This document shows, in pieces, positions 1-10,528 of a DNA stretch of 45,825 bases. The stretch is from Escherichia coli (GTDB taxonomy: Bacteria > Pseudomonadota > Gammaproteobacteria > Enterobacterales > Enterobacteriaceae). Within the stretch, counting starts at the first letter, position 1. Each line of letters starts with the position of its first letter. Location: NCBI RefSeq assembly GCF_003334765.1, contig NZ_QOWT01000032.1. The stretch is one strand, 5' to 3'. Made by a program: the position numbers and the translations under genes. Under the pieces are notes generated by a model, which was not told the origin of the DNA, made no database searches, and saw nothing but the letters and a program-made list of their open reading frames with translations.

Positions 1-71
1 GGTGATGACGGGATCGAACCGCCGACCCCCTCCTTGTAAGGGAGGTGCTCTCCCAGCTGAGCTAATCACCC
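1..71 (-). tRNA. valZ: tRNA-Val (anticodon UAC), truncated at its 3' end by the window edge
   Basis: Positions 1-71 are identical to positions 6-76 of the complete tRNA-Val copy at 300-375; position in operon matches valZ. Confidence 0.9.
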
Positions 72-220
72 GATACTGCGCTGGATACTACAAACTACTT
101 CCACCGAACCCACCGTCATTAGTGGTGGGTCGTGCAGGATGACTCGCTTCGCTCGCCCTACGGGCCGTTGCTGACGCAACGTTATCCTACACGCTTAACA
201 TCTGTCTTCGATGTTAAAAC
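72..220 (-). repeat. tRNA operon spacer module (149 nt) containing a 17-nt copy of the tRNA-Lys 3' terminus at 123-139
   Basis: 123-139 tggtgggtcgtgcagga equals the first 17 nt of the tRNA-Lys genes on this strand, then diverges; module is about 85-90% identical to 376-510 over its first ~70 nt. Confidence 0.6.
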
Positions 221-296
221 TGGTGGGTCGTGCAGGATTCGAACCTGCGACCAATTGATTAAAAGTCAACTGCTCTACCAACTGAGCTAACGACCC
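221..296 (-). tRNA. lysW: tRNA-Lys (anticodon UUU)
   Basis: 76-nt reverse complement gives a canonical tRNA-Lys with TTTTAAT anticodon loop and encoded CCA end. Confidence 0.95.
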
Positions 297-299
297 GAG

Positions 300-375
300 T
301 GGTGGGTGATGACGGGATCGAACCGCCGACCCCCTCCTTGTAAGGGAGGTGCTCTCCCAGCTGAGCTAATCACCC
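300..375 (-). tRNA. valT: tRNA-Val (anticodon UAC)
   Basis: 76-nt reverse complement GGGTGATTAGCTCAGCTGGGAGAGCACCTCCCTTACAAGGAGG... with encoded CCA; 3-nt gap to lysW. Confidence 0.95.
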
Positions 376-510
376 GATACTACGCTGGATACTACAACTA
401 ACTATGTTAGTGGTGGGTCGTGCAGGATGACTCGACTTCGTCTCGCCCTTCGGGCCGTTGCTCATGCAACGTTATCCTTCACGTTTTACTACCGCTTCCA
501 CCTTAGCGAT
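376..510 (-). repeat. tRNA operon spacer module (135 nt) containing a 17-nt copy of the tRNA-Lys 3' terminus at 411-427
   Basis: Same architecture as 72-220; two stems are conserved between the copies with different loops (gccc-tac/ttc-gggc and cgttgc-tgac/tcat-gcaacg). Confidence 0.6.
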
Positions 511-586
511 TGGTGGGTCGTGCAGGATTCGAACCTGCGACCAATTGATTAAAAGTCAACTGCTCTACCAACTGAGCTAACGACCC
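511..586 (-). tRNA. lysT: tRNA-Lys (anticodon UUU), first gene of the operon
   Basis: Identical to the 221-296 copy. Confidence 0.95.
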
Positions 587-636
587 ACTTTTTCGTTGCT
601 TTCGGTTTGTTTGATATCCCGTGGCAACGGCGGCAT

Positions 637-664
637 ATATTACTGATTTCAGACCTGAGCGCAA
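637..664 (-). promoter_or_regulatory. Candidate sigma70 promoter of the lysT tRNA operon
   Basis: On minus strand: TTGCGC (659-664), 16-nt spacer, TAATAT (637-642), GC-rich discriminator gccgcc, A/T-rich tract upstream; about 45 nt upstream of lysT. Confidence 0.45.
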
Positions 665-710
665 CAAAAATTTCGATGTAGATCACTCAACTGCTTATGA
701 TTCGCACGAC

Positions 711-740
711 ACGACCAGAAATAATGCGACTTCTGGTCGT
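711..740 (-). terminator. Perfect 10-bp stem / 10-nt loop hairpin just downstream of cpoB stop; no clear U-tract
   Basis: acgaccagaa ataatgcgac ttctggtcgt; placed 11 nt after the cpoB stop. Confidence 0.3.
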
Positions 741-750
741 GTGTTATGCA

Positions 751-1542
751 TTACATCGCGTTCAGACGTTTTTGTGCCTGTTTAGCGCCATCAGTACCAG
801 GGTATTTACTGATAACCTGCTGGTATACGGCTTTCGCTTTTGCGGTGTCACCTTTGTCCTGCATGATGACGCCGACTTTAAACATCGCATCTGCAGCCTT
901 TGGTGACTTCGGATAGTTTTTCACTACCGAAGCAAAATAGTACGCCGCATCATCTTTTTTACCCTTGTTGTAGTTTAACTGACCCAGCCAATAATTGGCG
1001 TTTGGCAGGTAAGTTGAATCAGGGTAATTTTTGATGAAATTCTGAAATGCCACCATTGCGTCATCCTGGCGGGATTTATCCTGCACCAGCGCAATAGCTG
1101 CATTGTAATCCGTGTTTGCATTACCGCTTTTCACCGGCGCGCCAGCATTCGCAGTACCAGCATCAGCTGTCGGCGTCGTTGATGCCGCCGCACCGCTTTG
1201 ATCGCCGCTGGTTGATTGCGCCGCTGCACCACCGCTGCTGAGGCTGTCGATCTGCAACAGGATCTGCTTTTGCCGCTCCACGACCTGATTCAGTTGATAC
1301 TGATTTTCCTGAATCTGACCACGCAGGGAATCAATATCGGATTGATTATCAGAAAGTTGTTGCTGGAGTTGGGTTAAAAGCTGGCTGTGAGCATTAGAAA
1401 TACGCTCAAGTTGAGTGACGCGGTCTTCGACCGAGCCTGAGCCGACACTACTGATTGGTGCCTGAGCAAAAGCGGCCCAGGGGGCCGCTATACCAACCAG
1501 TAACGACAGACTCAATAGTTGATGTCTGAAGTTACTGCTCAT
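751..1542 (-). CDS. cpoB: Cell division coordinator CpoB (YbgF), TPR-repeat periplasmic protein
   Basis: 263-aa ORF with signal peptide, coiled-coil region and C-terminal TPR repeats; last gene of the tol-pal cluster. Confidence 0.93.
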   Translation of the reverse strand: MSSNFRHQLLSLSLLVGIAAPWAAFAQAPISSVGSGSVEDRVTQLERISNAHSQLLTQLQQQLSDNQSDIDSLRGQIQENQYQLNQVVERQKQILLQIDSLSSGGAAAQSTSGDQSGAAASTTPTADAGTANAGAPVKSGNANTDYNAAIALVQDKSRQDDAMVAFQNFIKNYPDSTYLPNANYWLGQLNYNKGKKDDAAYYFASVVKNYPKSPKAADAMFKVGVIMQDKGDTAKAKAVYQQVISKYPGTDGAKQAQKRLNAM

Positions 1543-1551
1543 GCAATTCTC

Positions 1552-2097
<546 letters not shown>

Positions 2098-2107
2098 TTA
2101 ATTATTA

Positions 2108-3400
2108 TCACAGATACGGCGACCAGGCAGGGAATTTGACCTGTCCATCAGTTGCCGGAAGACGCGCTTTGAAACGCCCATCTGTAGAAACCAAATTCAG
2201 CACGGATCCCATCCCCTGAGAAGAGCTGTAGATTACCATAGTGCCGTTAGGTGCCAGACTTGGCGTTTCATCCAGGAACGTGGACGACAGAACTTGTACG
2301 CCTCCCGTTGCCAGATCTTGTTTGGCAATGTGCTGCTGCCCACCATTGGAGCTGACCATTACCATAAATTTACCGTCGCTGCTGACATCCGCATCCTGGT
2401 TCTGCGAACCTTCCCAGGTAATACGTTGTGGCGCACCGCCGTTGATATTCACTTTATAAACCTGCGGACGACCGGCCTGGTCAGAAGTAAATGCCAGGTT
2501 CTGGCTATCCGGGAACCAGGTCGGTTCGGTATTGTTACTGCGACCATCAGTCACCTGGCGGATCTGACCAGAAGCCAAATCCATTACGTACAGGTTCAGA
2601 CTACCGGTTTTCGACAAGGCGAATGCCAGTTTGCTGCCGTCTGGCGAGAATGCAGGTGCACCGTTGTGACGCGGGAATGAAGCCACCTGACGTACAGCGC
2701 CATTTGCCAGCGTCTGAATAACCAGCGCGGAACGACCGCTTTCGAAGGTCACATAAGCCAGTTTAGAACCGTCTGGTGACCACGCCGGAGACATCAGCGG
2801 CTGCGGTGAACGGTGAACGACAAACTGGTTGTAACCGTCATAGTCAGATACGCGCAGTTCATACGGGAACTGACCGCCGTTGGTCTGAACAACGTAGGCA
2901 ATACGAGTACGGAACGCACCTTTAATGCCGGTCAGTTTTTCAAACACTTCATCACTGGCGGTATGACCAGCATAACGCAGCCACTGCTTGTTCACTTTGT
3001 ACGAGTTCTGAGCAAGTACAGTACCCGGTGCGCCGCCAGTGTCAACAAGTTGATAAGCAACATTGTAAGAACCATCCGGATTCGGAGTGACCTGACCGAC
3101 AACTACAGCGTCAATGCCCAGTGCGGACCATGCAGCTGGTTGTACTTCCTGCGCACTACCCGGCTGCTGTGGCAGACGAGCGCGATCTAACGGATTAAAT
3201 TTACCGCTGTTACGCAAGTCAGCAGCAACGATGCCGCCAATATCTTCAGGTGCCGCACCAGGCCCCGCCCACTGGAAAGGAACAACACCAATAGGACGAC
3301 CGGAATCTACACCGCTGTCGATCACAATGCGGACTTCAGCATGCAGAACTGATGCCCACAGTATGAGAAAACCAAATGCTACTCGTAATGCCTGCTTCAT
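2108..3400 (-). CDS. tolB: Tol-Pal system periplasmic beta-propeller protein TolB
   Basis: 430-aa protein [21 protein letters not shown]...; start trimmed by one codon from the ORF. Confidence 0.95.
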   Translation of the reverse strand: MKQALRVAFGFLILWASVLHAEVRIVIDSGVDSGRPIGVVPFQWAGPGAAPEDIGGIVAADLRNSGKFNPLDRARLPQQPGSAQEVQPAAWSALGIDAVVVGQVTPNPDGSYNVAYQLVDTGGAPGTVLAQNSYKVNKQWLRYAGHTASDEVFEKLTGIKGAFRTRIAYVVQTNGGQFPYELRVSDYDGYNQFVVHRSPQPLMSPAWSPDGSKLAYVTFESGRSALVIQTLANGAVRQVASFPRHNGAPAFSPDGSKLAFALSKTGSLNLYVMDLASGQIRQVTDGRSNNTEPTWFPDSQNLAFTSDQAGRPQVYKVNINGGAPQRITWEGSQNQDADVSSDGKFMVMVSSNGGQQHIAKQDLATGGVQVLSSTFLDETPSLAPNGTMVIYSSSQGMGSVLNLVSTDGRFKARLPATDGQVKFPAWSPYL

Positions 3401-3500
3401 CATATCTCCCTTATCTGGACCGATGGCCCACGATAATTTAGCAGAATGTTAACAAACTAAAATACACAAAACTACCAGAACCCCGTGGCAACCGGTGCCT

Positions 3501-3528
3501 GATGTTGACCGTCCGAACAGTCAACATC
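3501..3528 (-). other. Stem-loop (9-bp stem, 10-nt loop) in the tolA-tolB intergenic region
   Basis: gatgttgac ... gtcaacatc, 4 nt downstream of tolA stop; not followed by a U-tract. Confidence 0.4.
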
Positions 3529-3532
3529 GCGA

Positions 3533-4798
3533 TTACGGTTTGAAGTCCAATGGCGCGTTTTTGAACACTTCATATACTGCCTGGCTTGGTGGTTTCGGGA
3601 TCTTCGCAAGTTTAGCTGCTGCCAACGCAGCCTGACAAAGTGCGGGATCGCCACCTTCAGGTTTGATATCCAGTAACATACCATCGGGTGCCAGTTTTAT
3701 GCGCAGCGTACAGGTTTTGCCTGCATAGGACGATGCGTCATAGAACTTACTTTCGATAGCAGATTTAATCTGCCCGGCATAGTTATTGATATCGGCCCCT
3801 GATGCGCCATTGTTTTTAGTATTACCACTCCCGGCAGGCGAAGCATTGTTCCCTTTCGCCCCTCCCCCCGTTTTCGGTGCATTCTTACCAGAGCTTAGCT
3901 CACCGAAAATATCATCTGCCTCTGCGGCCGCTTTTGCTGCAGCGGCTTTTTCAGCTGCAGCTTTTGCCGCTGCCGCTTTTTTGTCTGCGGCGGCTTTTTC
4001 TGCCGCTGCTTTCTTATCAGCTGCTGCCTTTTCAGCAGCCGCTTTTTCTGCTGCTTTTTTGTCGGCTGCAGCTTTCTCTGCTGCCGCTTTCTTATCAGCT
4101 GCAGCCTTTTCAGCAGCCGCTTTCTTCTCAGCTTCTGCTTTGGCTTTTTCAGCAGCTTCAGTTGCCGCTTTCTTTCTTGCTTCAGCTGCAGCTGCTTCTG
4201 CCGCTTCCGCTTTCTTCTTCAGTGCCGCAGCGGCTGCCTCGGCTTTTTTCTGCGCTTCGGCTGCGGCTTTGGCGGCTTCTGCTTCTGCTTTTTTCTTTGC
4301 GTCTGCAGCCGCTTTCTTCGCTGCTTCTTCCGCAGCTTTAGCATCTGCTTCGGCCTTCGCTTTAGCATCTGCCGCCGCTTTCGCTGCCGCCTCTTCAGCT
4401 TGCTTCTGCTTTAACTCGGCCTGTTTTGCGGCTTCTTCAGCCTGCTTTTTCTGCTCCTGAGCCGCTAACCGCTCTTTCTCAAGTTGCTTCAGGCGTTCCT
4501 GTTCAGCCGCTTGTTTCTCACGCAGTTCTTCAGCAGCCTGCTGTTCCTTCATCTTGCGCTGTTCATCAGAACGCTTCGCGCTTGATTCCTGGCTTTGCAT
4601 GCGTTTGTACTGCTCAACTACCGCACCTGAATCAACCATGACAGCGTCGATGGACGAACCACCGCCGCCTCCGGCTGAAGCTTCTATATTCTCATCGAAC
4701 GAACTCCAGATCAGCGCCGCAAATAAGATGACATGCAGCACTGCTGAAATAATTATCGCCCGCTTGAGCTTGTCGTTTTGTTCGGTTGCCTTTGACAC
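3533..4798 (-). CDS. tolA: Tol-Pal system protein TolA (N-terminal TM anchor, long Ala/Lys/Glu-rich helical domain II, C-terminal domain III)
   Basis: 421-aa ORF; characteristic low-complexity domain II. Confidence 0.95.
   Translation of the reverse strand: MSKATEQNDKLKRAIIISAVLHVILFAALIWSSFDENIEASAGGGGGSSIDAVMVDSGAVVEQYKRMQSQESSAKRSDEQRKMKEQQAAEELREKQAAEQERLKQLEKERLAAQEQKKQAEEAAKQAELKQKQAEEAAAKAAADAKAKAEADAKAAEEAAKKAAADAKKKAEAEAAKAAAEAQKKAEAAAAALKKKAEAAEAAAAEARKKAATEAAEKAKAEAEKKAAAEKAAADKKAAAEKAAADKKAAEKAAAEKAAADKKAAAEKAAADKKAAAAKAAAEKAAAAKAAAEADDIFGELSSGKNAPKTGGGAKGNNASPAGSGNTKNNGASGADINNYAGQIKSAIESKFYDASSYAGKTCTLRIKLAPDGMLLDIKPEGGDPALCQAALAAAKLAKIPKPPSQAVYEVFKNAPLDFKP
3929..4514 (-). repeat. 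Imperfect tandem coding repeats encoding TolA domain II (KAAAEKAAADKKAA-type units)
   Basis: Visible DNA periodicity (gctgc/gccgc-ttt units); creates a 224-aa mirror ORF on the plus strand. Confidence 0.8.
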
Positions 4799-4862
4799 TC
4801 TCGGTTTCCAAAAACTGTTCGCCTGTTACCCGCTCTCTTTCAAGCAAGGGAAACGCAGATGT

Positions 4863-5291
4863 TTAGATAGGCTGCGTCATTAAACCAACCGATTTCACAC
4901 CCGCACTATGTAACAAGTTCAGTGCTTTAATTATTTCATCGTAAGGCACATCTTTTGCGCCACCGATCAGAAAGACCGTTTTCGGGTTGGCCTTGAAACG
5001 GCTGGACACTTCCGCCACCACCTGCTCTGGTGGTAAACGCTCCAGGCGATCTTTCTCAACCACCACGGTGTACTGACCAATACCAGACACTTCAACAATC
5101 ACTGGCGGATTATCGTTACTGCTCACCGCCTGTGATTCAGTAGCGTCTGGCAGATCGACCTCCACGCTCTGGGTGATGATGGGCGCTGTCGCCATAAAGA
5201 TCAGCAACAGCACCAGCAGTACGTCCAGCAACGGTACAATGTTGATTTCGGACTTGAGATCGCGACGACCTCGTCCACGCGCTCTGGCCAT
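4863..5291 (-). CDS. tolR: Tol-Pal system protein TolR (ExbD/MotB-like)
   Basis: 142-aa ORF, single TM, ExbD-like. Confidence 0.95.
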   Translation of the reverse strand: MARARGRGRRDLKSEINIVPLLDVLLVLLLIFMATAPIITQSVEVDLPDATESQAVSSNDNPPVIVEVSGIGQYTVVVEKDRLERLPPEQVVAEVSSRFKANPKTVFLIGGAKDVPYDEIIKALNLLHSAGVKSVGLMTQPI

Positions 5292-5294
5292 GGC

Positions 5295-6388
<1,094 letters not shown>

Positions 6389-6484
6389 TTTACATCCCGG
6401 TAATGCAACAAAAGTTAGAGCTTTTAAACGCTGCTACTATACGCGCGCGATTGAGGTTTGGGAATGAGGGCAAGTTAAGGGAGC

Positions 6485-6514
6485 GTAAAAATTTATGGGC
6501 CTGGAGCGGCCCAT
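6485..6514 (-). terminator. Rho-independent terminator downstream of ybgE (bidirectional-looking)
   Basis: Hairpin atgggcc-tggagc-ggcccat (6495-6514) flanked by T-runs on both strands. Confidence 0.6.
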
Positions 6515-6537
6515 AATTTTTTAAAGAGAATTCTGAT

Positions 6538-6831
6538 TTAAAAGAAGAAGAAAATCAGCCCGACAATGAGAACAATATCGGCAAGCAATGGGCAAAAAAT
6601 CCCTTGCCAAAGAACCTTCTGCGGACGAAAGCCCACGCCGTGAATCACACCAGCACAGACGGCCCACATCAGCAATAAACCATGCCAGATTTCCAGTTCA
6701 CTGGTCTTCGCGGCAAAACGAGATGGGTCCCAAAACATACATCCTGCTAACAGAAGCGCCATCACGAAGGAAAGCGCCCGCAGGGGGCGCTTGTCCATTA
6801 CCGCATACAAAGTCGCGATAATCTTACTCAT
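6538..6831 (-). CDS. ybgE: Small inner-membrane protein YbgE, cyd operon member
   Basis: 97-aa hydrophobic ORF immediately downstream of cydX. Confidence 0.9.
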   Translation of the reverse strand: MSKIIATLYAVMDKRPLRALSFVMALLLAGCMFWDPSRFAAKTSELEIWHGLLLMWAVCAGVIHGVGFRPQKVLWQGIFCPLLADIVLIVGLIFFFF

Positions 6832-6944
6832 CAGATGTCTTCTTGACCGGCTTTGCCTGATTCGACGTGTTCAAGCGCCAGCGCGGTGATTACCCCAAAC
6901 GAACAGGCAAGAAGCGTTCCCAGAATCCATGCGAAATACCACAT
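6831..6944 (-). CDS. cydX: Cytochrome bd-I oxidase accessory small subunit CydX (37 aa)
   Basis: Not in the ORF track. Minus-strand ATG at 6942-6944 preceded by AGGAG; translation MWYFAWILGTLLACSFGVITALALEHVESGKAGQEDI; stop overlaps ybgE start as TGATG. Confidence 0.9.
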   Translation of the reverse strand: MWYFAWILGTLLACSFGVITALALEHVESGKAGQEDI

Positions 6945-6958
6945 TTTTAGCTCCTTAC

Positions 6959-8098
6959 TTAGTACAGAGAGTGGGTGTTACGTTCAATATCTTCTTTGGT
7001 GATACGACCGAACATTTTCCAGTAACACCAGGCGGTGTAGAGCAGAATGATCGGTACCAGAACCACCGCAACCCAGGTCATGACGTTAAGCGTCAGCTGG
7101 CTGGAAGTTGCATCCCACATTGTCAGACTTGCGTTCATCATGGTGCTGGACGGCATCACAAACGGGAACATTGCGATACCGGCTGTCAGGATGATGCAGG
7201 CCAGCGTCAGGGAGGAGAACACAAACGCCCACGCGGCTTTATCCATACGTGCAGTCAGGATGGTCAGCAGCGGCAGAACCACACCCAGTGCCGGAATAGC
7301 CCACAGAATTGGCGTGTTGTTGAAGTTAACCAGCCATGCGCCAGCTTCACGAACCACTTCTTTATTCAGTGGGTTAGAGGCTGCGTAATGGTCCATTGTC
7401 GATTTCACGACATAACCATCGATACCGTACATCACCCATACGCCAGCCAGTGCGAAACAGACCAGTGTCACCAGCGCAGCCACCTGAGCCGTTGCACGGG
7501 TACGCAGGTGCAGTTCGCCCACGGTACGCATTTGCAGATAGGTTGCGCCCTGAGTAATGATCATCCCTACGCTCACCACGCCTGCCAGCAGGCCGAACGG
7601 GTTAAGCAACTGGAAGAAGTTACCGGTGTAGTACAGACGCAGATATTCATCAACGTTGAACGGTACGCCCTGCAACAGGTTACCGAACGCTACACCAATT
7701 ACCAGCGGCGGAACGAAGCTACCAATGAAGATGCCCCAGTCCCACATGTTACGCCAGCGGGTTTCTTCAATCTTGGAGCGGTAGTCAAAACCGACCGGAC
7801 GGAAGAACAAAGACGCCAGCACGAGGATCATCGCCACATAGAAGCCGGAGAACGCAGCGGCATAGACCATCGGCCAGGCAGCAAAGAGTGCGCCGCCCGC
7901 GGTGATCAGCCAAACCTGGTTACCGTCCCAGTGTGGTGCAATGGAGTTAATCATAATTCGACGCTCGGTGTCGTTACGACCGAGGAAACGGGTGAGCATG
8001 CCCACCCCCATGTCGAAACCGTCAGTGACTGCAAAACCAATCAGCAGAACGCCAACCAGCAGCCACCAGATAAAACGCAATACTTCATAATCGATCAT
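6959..8098 (-). CDS. cydB: Cytochrome bd-I ubiquinol oxidase subunit II
   Basis: 379-aa polytopic membrane protein. Confidence 0.96.
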   Translation of the reverse strand: MIDYEVLRFIWWLLVGVLLIGFAVTDGFDMGVGMLTRFLGRNDTERRIMINSIAPHWDGNQVWLITAGGALFAAWPMVYAAAFSGFYVAMILVLASLFFRPVGFDYRSKIEETRWRNMWDWGIFIGSFVPPLVIGVAFGNLLQGVPFNVDEYLRLYYTGNFFQLLNPFGLLAGVVSVGMIITQGATYLQMRTVGELHLRTRATAQVAALVTLVCFALAGVWVMYGIDGYVVKSTMDHYAASNPLNKEVVREAGAWLVNFNNTPILWAIPALGVVLPLLTILTARMDKAAWAFVFSSLTLACIILTAGIAMFPFVMPSSTMMNASLTMWDATSSQLTLNVMTWVAVVLVPIILLYTAWCYWKMFGRITKEDIERNTHSLY

Positions 8099-8113
8099 TT
8101 GACGACTCCTGTC

Positions 8114-9682
8114 TTAGCGTGCCGGCTGAGTAGTCGTGGAAGACTGCTCAAAGTGATAGCGACCGGTTTTCAGGCTGCTTGGGCCGAGGCGTGCAAACTT
8201 GAACATTAAGAACAATTCTGCCACCAGGAACAGGGTATACAGGCCGCAAATCAGCACCATTGAGAAGATGAGATCGCCTGCGGTCAGTGACGAGTTCGCC
8301 ACAGCTGTCGGCAGCACTTCACCGATAGCCCACGGTTGGCGGCCATATTCAGCCACGAACCAGCCCGCTTCTACAGCAATCCACGGCAGCGGAATACCGT
8401 ACAGCGCGGCGCGCAGAAGCCATTTTTTCTCGCCAATGCGGTTGCGGATGACACTCCAGAAAGAGAGCGCGATGATTGCCAGAAGCAGGAAGCCACACGC
8501 CACCATGATACGGAACGCAAAGTACAGCGGCGCTACACGCGGGATGGAGTCTTTGGTTGCCTGTTGAATCTGCGCTTCAGTCGCATCAGCCACGTTTGGC
8601 GTATAGCGTTTCAGCAGCAGACCGTAACCGAGGTCTTTCTTCATGCTATTGAACTGGTCACGAACCGCCTGGTCGGTAGAACCAGAACGCAGTTGTTCGA
8701 GCAGAGAGTACGCCTTCATCCCGTTACGAATGCGTTCTTCATGCTGCACCATCAGCTCTTTCAGGCCGATAACCGGGGTATCCACGGAACGCGTTGCAAT
8801 GATGCCCAGTGCGTAAGGGATCTGAATCGCAAATTTGTTCGTCTCCTCTTCCTGATCAGGAATGCCGAACAGAGTAAAGGCAGCAGGCGCAGGTTGCGTT
8901 TCCCACTCGGCTTCAATAGCAGCCAGTTTGGTTTTCTGCACGTCGCCCATTTCGTAGCCGGATTCATCACCCAGAACAATAACAGACAGAACAGCAGCCA
9001 TACCGAAGCTGGCAGCGATAGCAAAGGAGCGTTTAGCGAAGGCGAAGTCACGACCTTTCAGCATATACCATGCGCTGATACCGAGGATGAACATCGCGCC
9101 AGTCACATAACCAGACGCTACAGTGTGAACGAATTTCACCTGAGCAACCGGGTTAAGCACCAGCTCGGAGAAGCTCACCATCTCCATACGCATAGTTTCA
9201 AAGTTGAAATCGGACGCGATTGGGTTTTGCATCCAGCCGTTCGCAACCAGAATCCACAGTGCGGACAGGTTTGAACCGAGCGCCACCAGCCAGGTGACAC
9301 ACATATGCTGAACTTTACCCAGACGATCCCAACCGAAGAAGAACAGACCTACAAAGGTGGATTCGAGGAAGAAGGCCATCAGACCTTCGATTGCCAGCGG
9401 CGCACCGAAGATATCCCCTACATAGTGGGAATAGTAAGACCAGTTAGTCCCGAACTGGAACTCCATGGTCAGACCGGTAGCCACACCCAGAGCGAAGTTG
9501 ATACCAAACAACTTGCCCCAGAACTTGGTCATATCTTTATAAATCTGTTTGCCGGAGAGGACGTAGACCGTTTCCATAATGGCCAGCAGGAACGCCATAC
9601 CGAGCGTCAGTGGCACAAAAAGGAAGTGGTACATCGCGGTCAAGGCAAACTGTAAGCGCGACAGTTCGACTATATCTAACAT
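8114..9682 (-). CDS. cydA: Cytochrome bd-I ubiquinol oxidase subunit I
   Basis: 522-aa protein [20 protein letters not shown]...; start set at the second Met of the ORF. Confidence 0.96.
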
Positions 9683-9964
9683 CATGACTCCTTGCTCATC
9701 GCATGAAGACTCCGAGAGTGAACCCCGTTAGAAAGGGTCACACGCATGCCCCAATAGAAATTTGTTTGAACACTTTCATCATACCATGTGAATGCACACA
9801 AAAACGGCGTAAAGAAAGGTTGCAAACATGTTAATAAAAACTCAAATTGATCCCACGTATATATTACGCCGCAAAATCCTTACAATAAACAGGTTTTTGT
9901 TGAAGCAAATTTGCATTTTTCGACGGTGATCAATTTATAGCTAAATTACCGCCTTTCAGCCAAT

Positions 9965-9978
9965 TTGATCGAGAACAA
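9965..9978. promoter_or_regulatory. Second FNR-like site TTGAT-CGAG-AACAA (9/10 match)
   Basis: ttgatcgagaacaa, about 50 bp from the perfect site. Confidence 0.4.
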
Positions 9979-10016
9979 TTTATCTCTTTTTGATGCCCAT
10001 TTCCAAGACTTATACA

Positions 10017-10030
10017 TTGATAAATATCAA
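10017..10030. promoter_or_regulatory. Perfect FNR/CRP-family palindrome TTGAT-AAAT-ATCAA
   Basis: ttgataaatatcaa read directly; matches FNR consensus TTGAT-N4-ATCAA 10/10. Confidence 0.6.
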
Positions 10031-10308
10031 TTCCTACAAATTATGTTAATCATGTTTCAATAAGGTAACTTTAGTGACATTTATGTTTAAAATGTGTGAG
10101 TTATAAGGCTGAAATTAGTTTCGGTTGGCAATTAAAGATAAAAAGAGACGAAGCAAAAACAGCACGGTTGACCTTAATTCTTTTTTTGGTCACTGGCTAA
10201 TACGACGCAGAGTTTCAGGATTACTAATAAAGGCATAAATCCACCCCGCCAATATTAACATTTAGTTAACTTATAATTATATTATAATTAACTCACCCAG
10301 GGTTATTA

Positions 10309-10341
10309 TTTTGTTAAAAATAAAGCCACATATACGTGGCT
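10309..10341 (-). terminator. Candidate rho-independent terminator of the mngAB transcript
   Basis: Hairpin agccac-atatac-gtggct (10324-10341) followed on the minus strand by TTATTTTTAAC. Confidence 0.45.
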
Positions 10342-10367
10342 TGAGAGTGAAGATAAACGCAAAATTA

Positions 10368-10466
10368 CCTGATGCGCTACGCTTGCCAGTGTCTACATCA
10401 TCTCTGCAATATATTGAATTTGCCTGCTTTTGTAGACCGAATAAAGCGTTCATGCCGTATCCGGCA
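10368..10466. repeat. Degenerate REP/BIME-like element downstream of mngB
   Basis: cctgatgcgctacgcttgcc ... gtagaccgaataaagcgttcatgccgtatccggca resembles REP Y and Z units. Confidence 0.5.
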
Positions 10467-10528
10467 TGAACAAAGCGCCCTTTGTCAACAATCTGGCCGC
10501 GCATATGTGGCTTCGGTTTGATTGCTAT

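Larger units (their letters stand above)
9686..10308 (-). promoter_or_regulatory. Long AT-rich cydAB upstream regulatory region (multiple promoters, FNR/ArcA/H-NS control expected)
   Basis: About 620 bp AT-rich non-coding DNA upstream of cydA; FNR-type palindromes present. Confidence 0.7.

Noticed and set aside
123-139. Spacer Lys remnants as complete pseudo-tRNA genes
   Set aside because: Only the 3'-terminal 17 nt match tRNA-Lys; I could not find a matching 5' acceptor strand, D-arm or anticodon arm upstream.
711-740. cpoB-proximal hairpin as a classical rho-independent terminator
   Set aside because: The stem is perfect but neither strand has a U-tract after it, so it is kept only as a low-confidence structural element.
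697-906. 69-aa plus-strand ORF spanning the cpoB 3' end
   Set aside because: Overlaps the cpoB terminator hairpin and coding sequence; no ribosome-binding site.
3786-4460. 224-aa Ala/Phe/Ser-rich ORF and a 154-aa Leu/Pro/Gln-rich ORF on the plus strand
   Set aside because: Mirror images of the tolA domain II repeats; low-complexity artefacts.
10277-10504. 75-aa minus-strand ORF between mngB and the cyd control region
   Set aside because: Lies across a REP-like element and terminator hairpin in AT-rich DNA; no ribosome-binding site.
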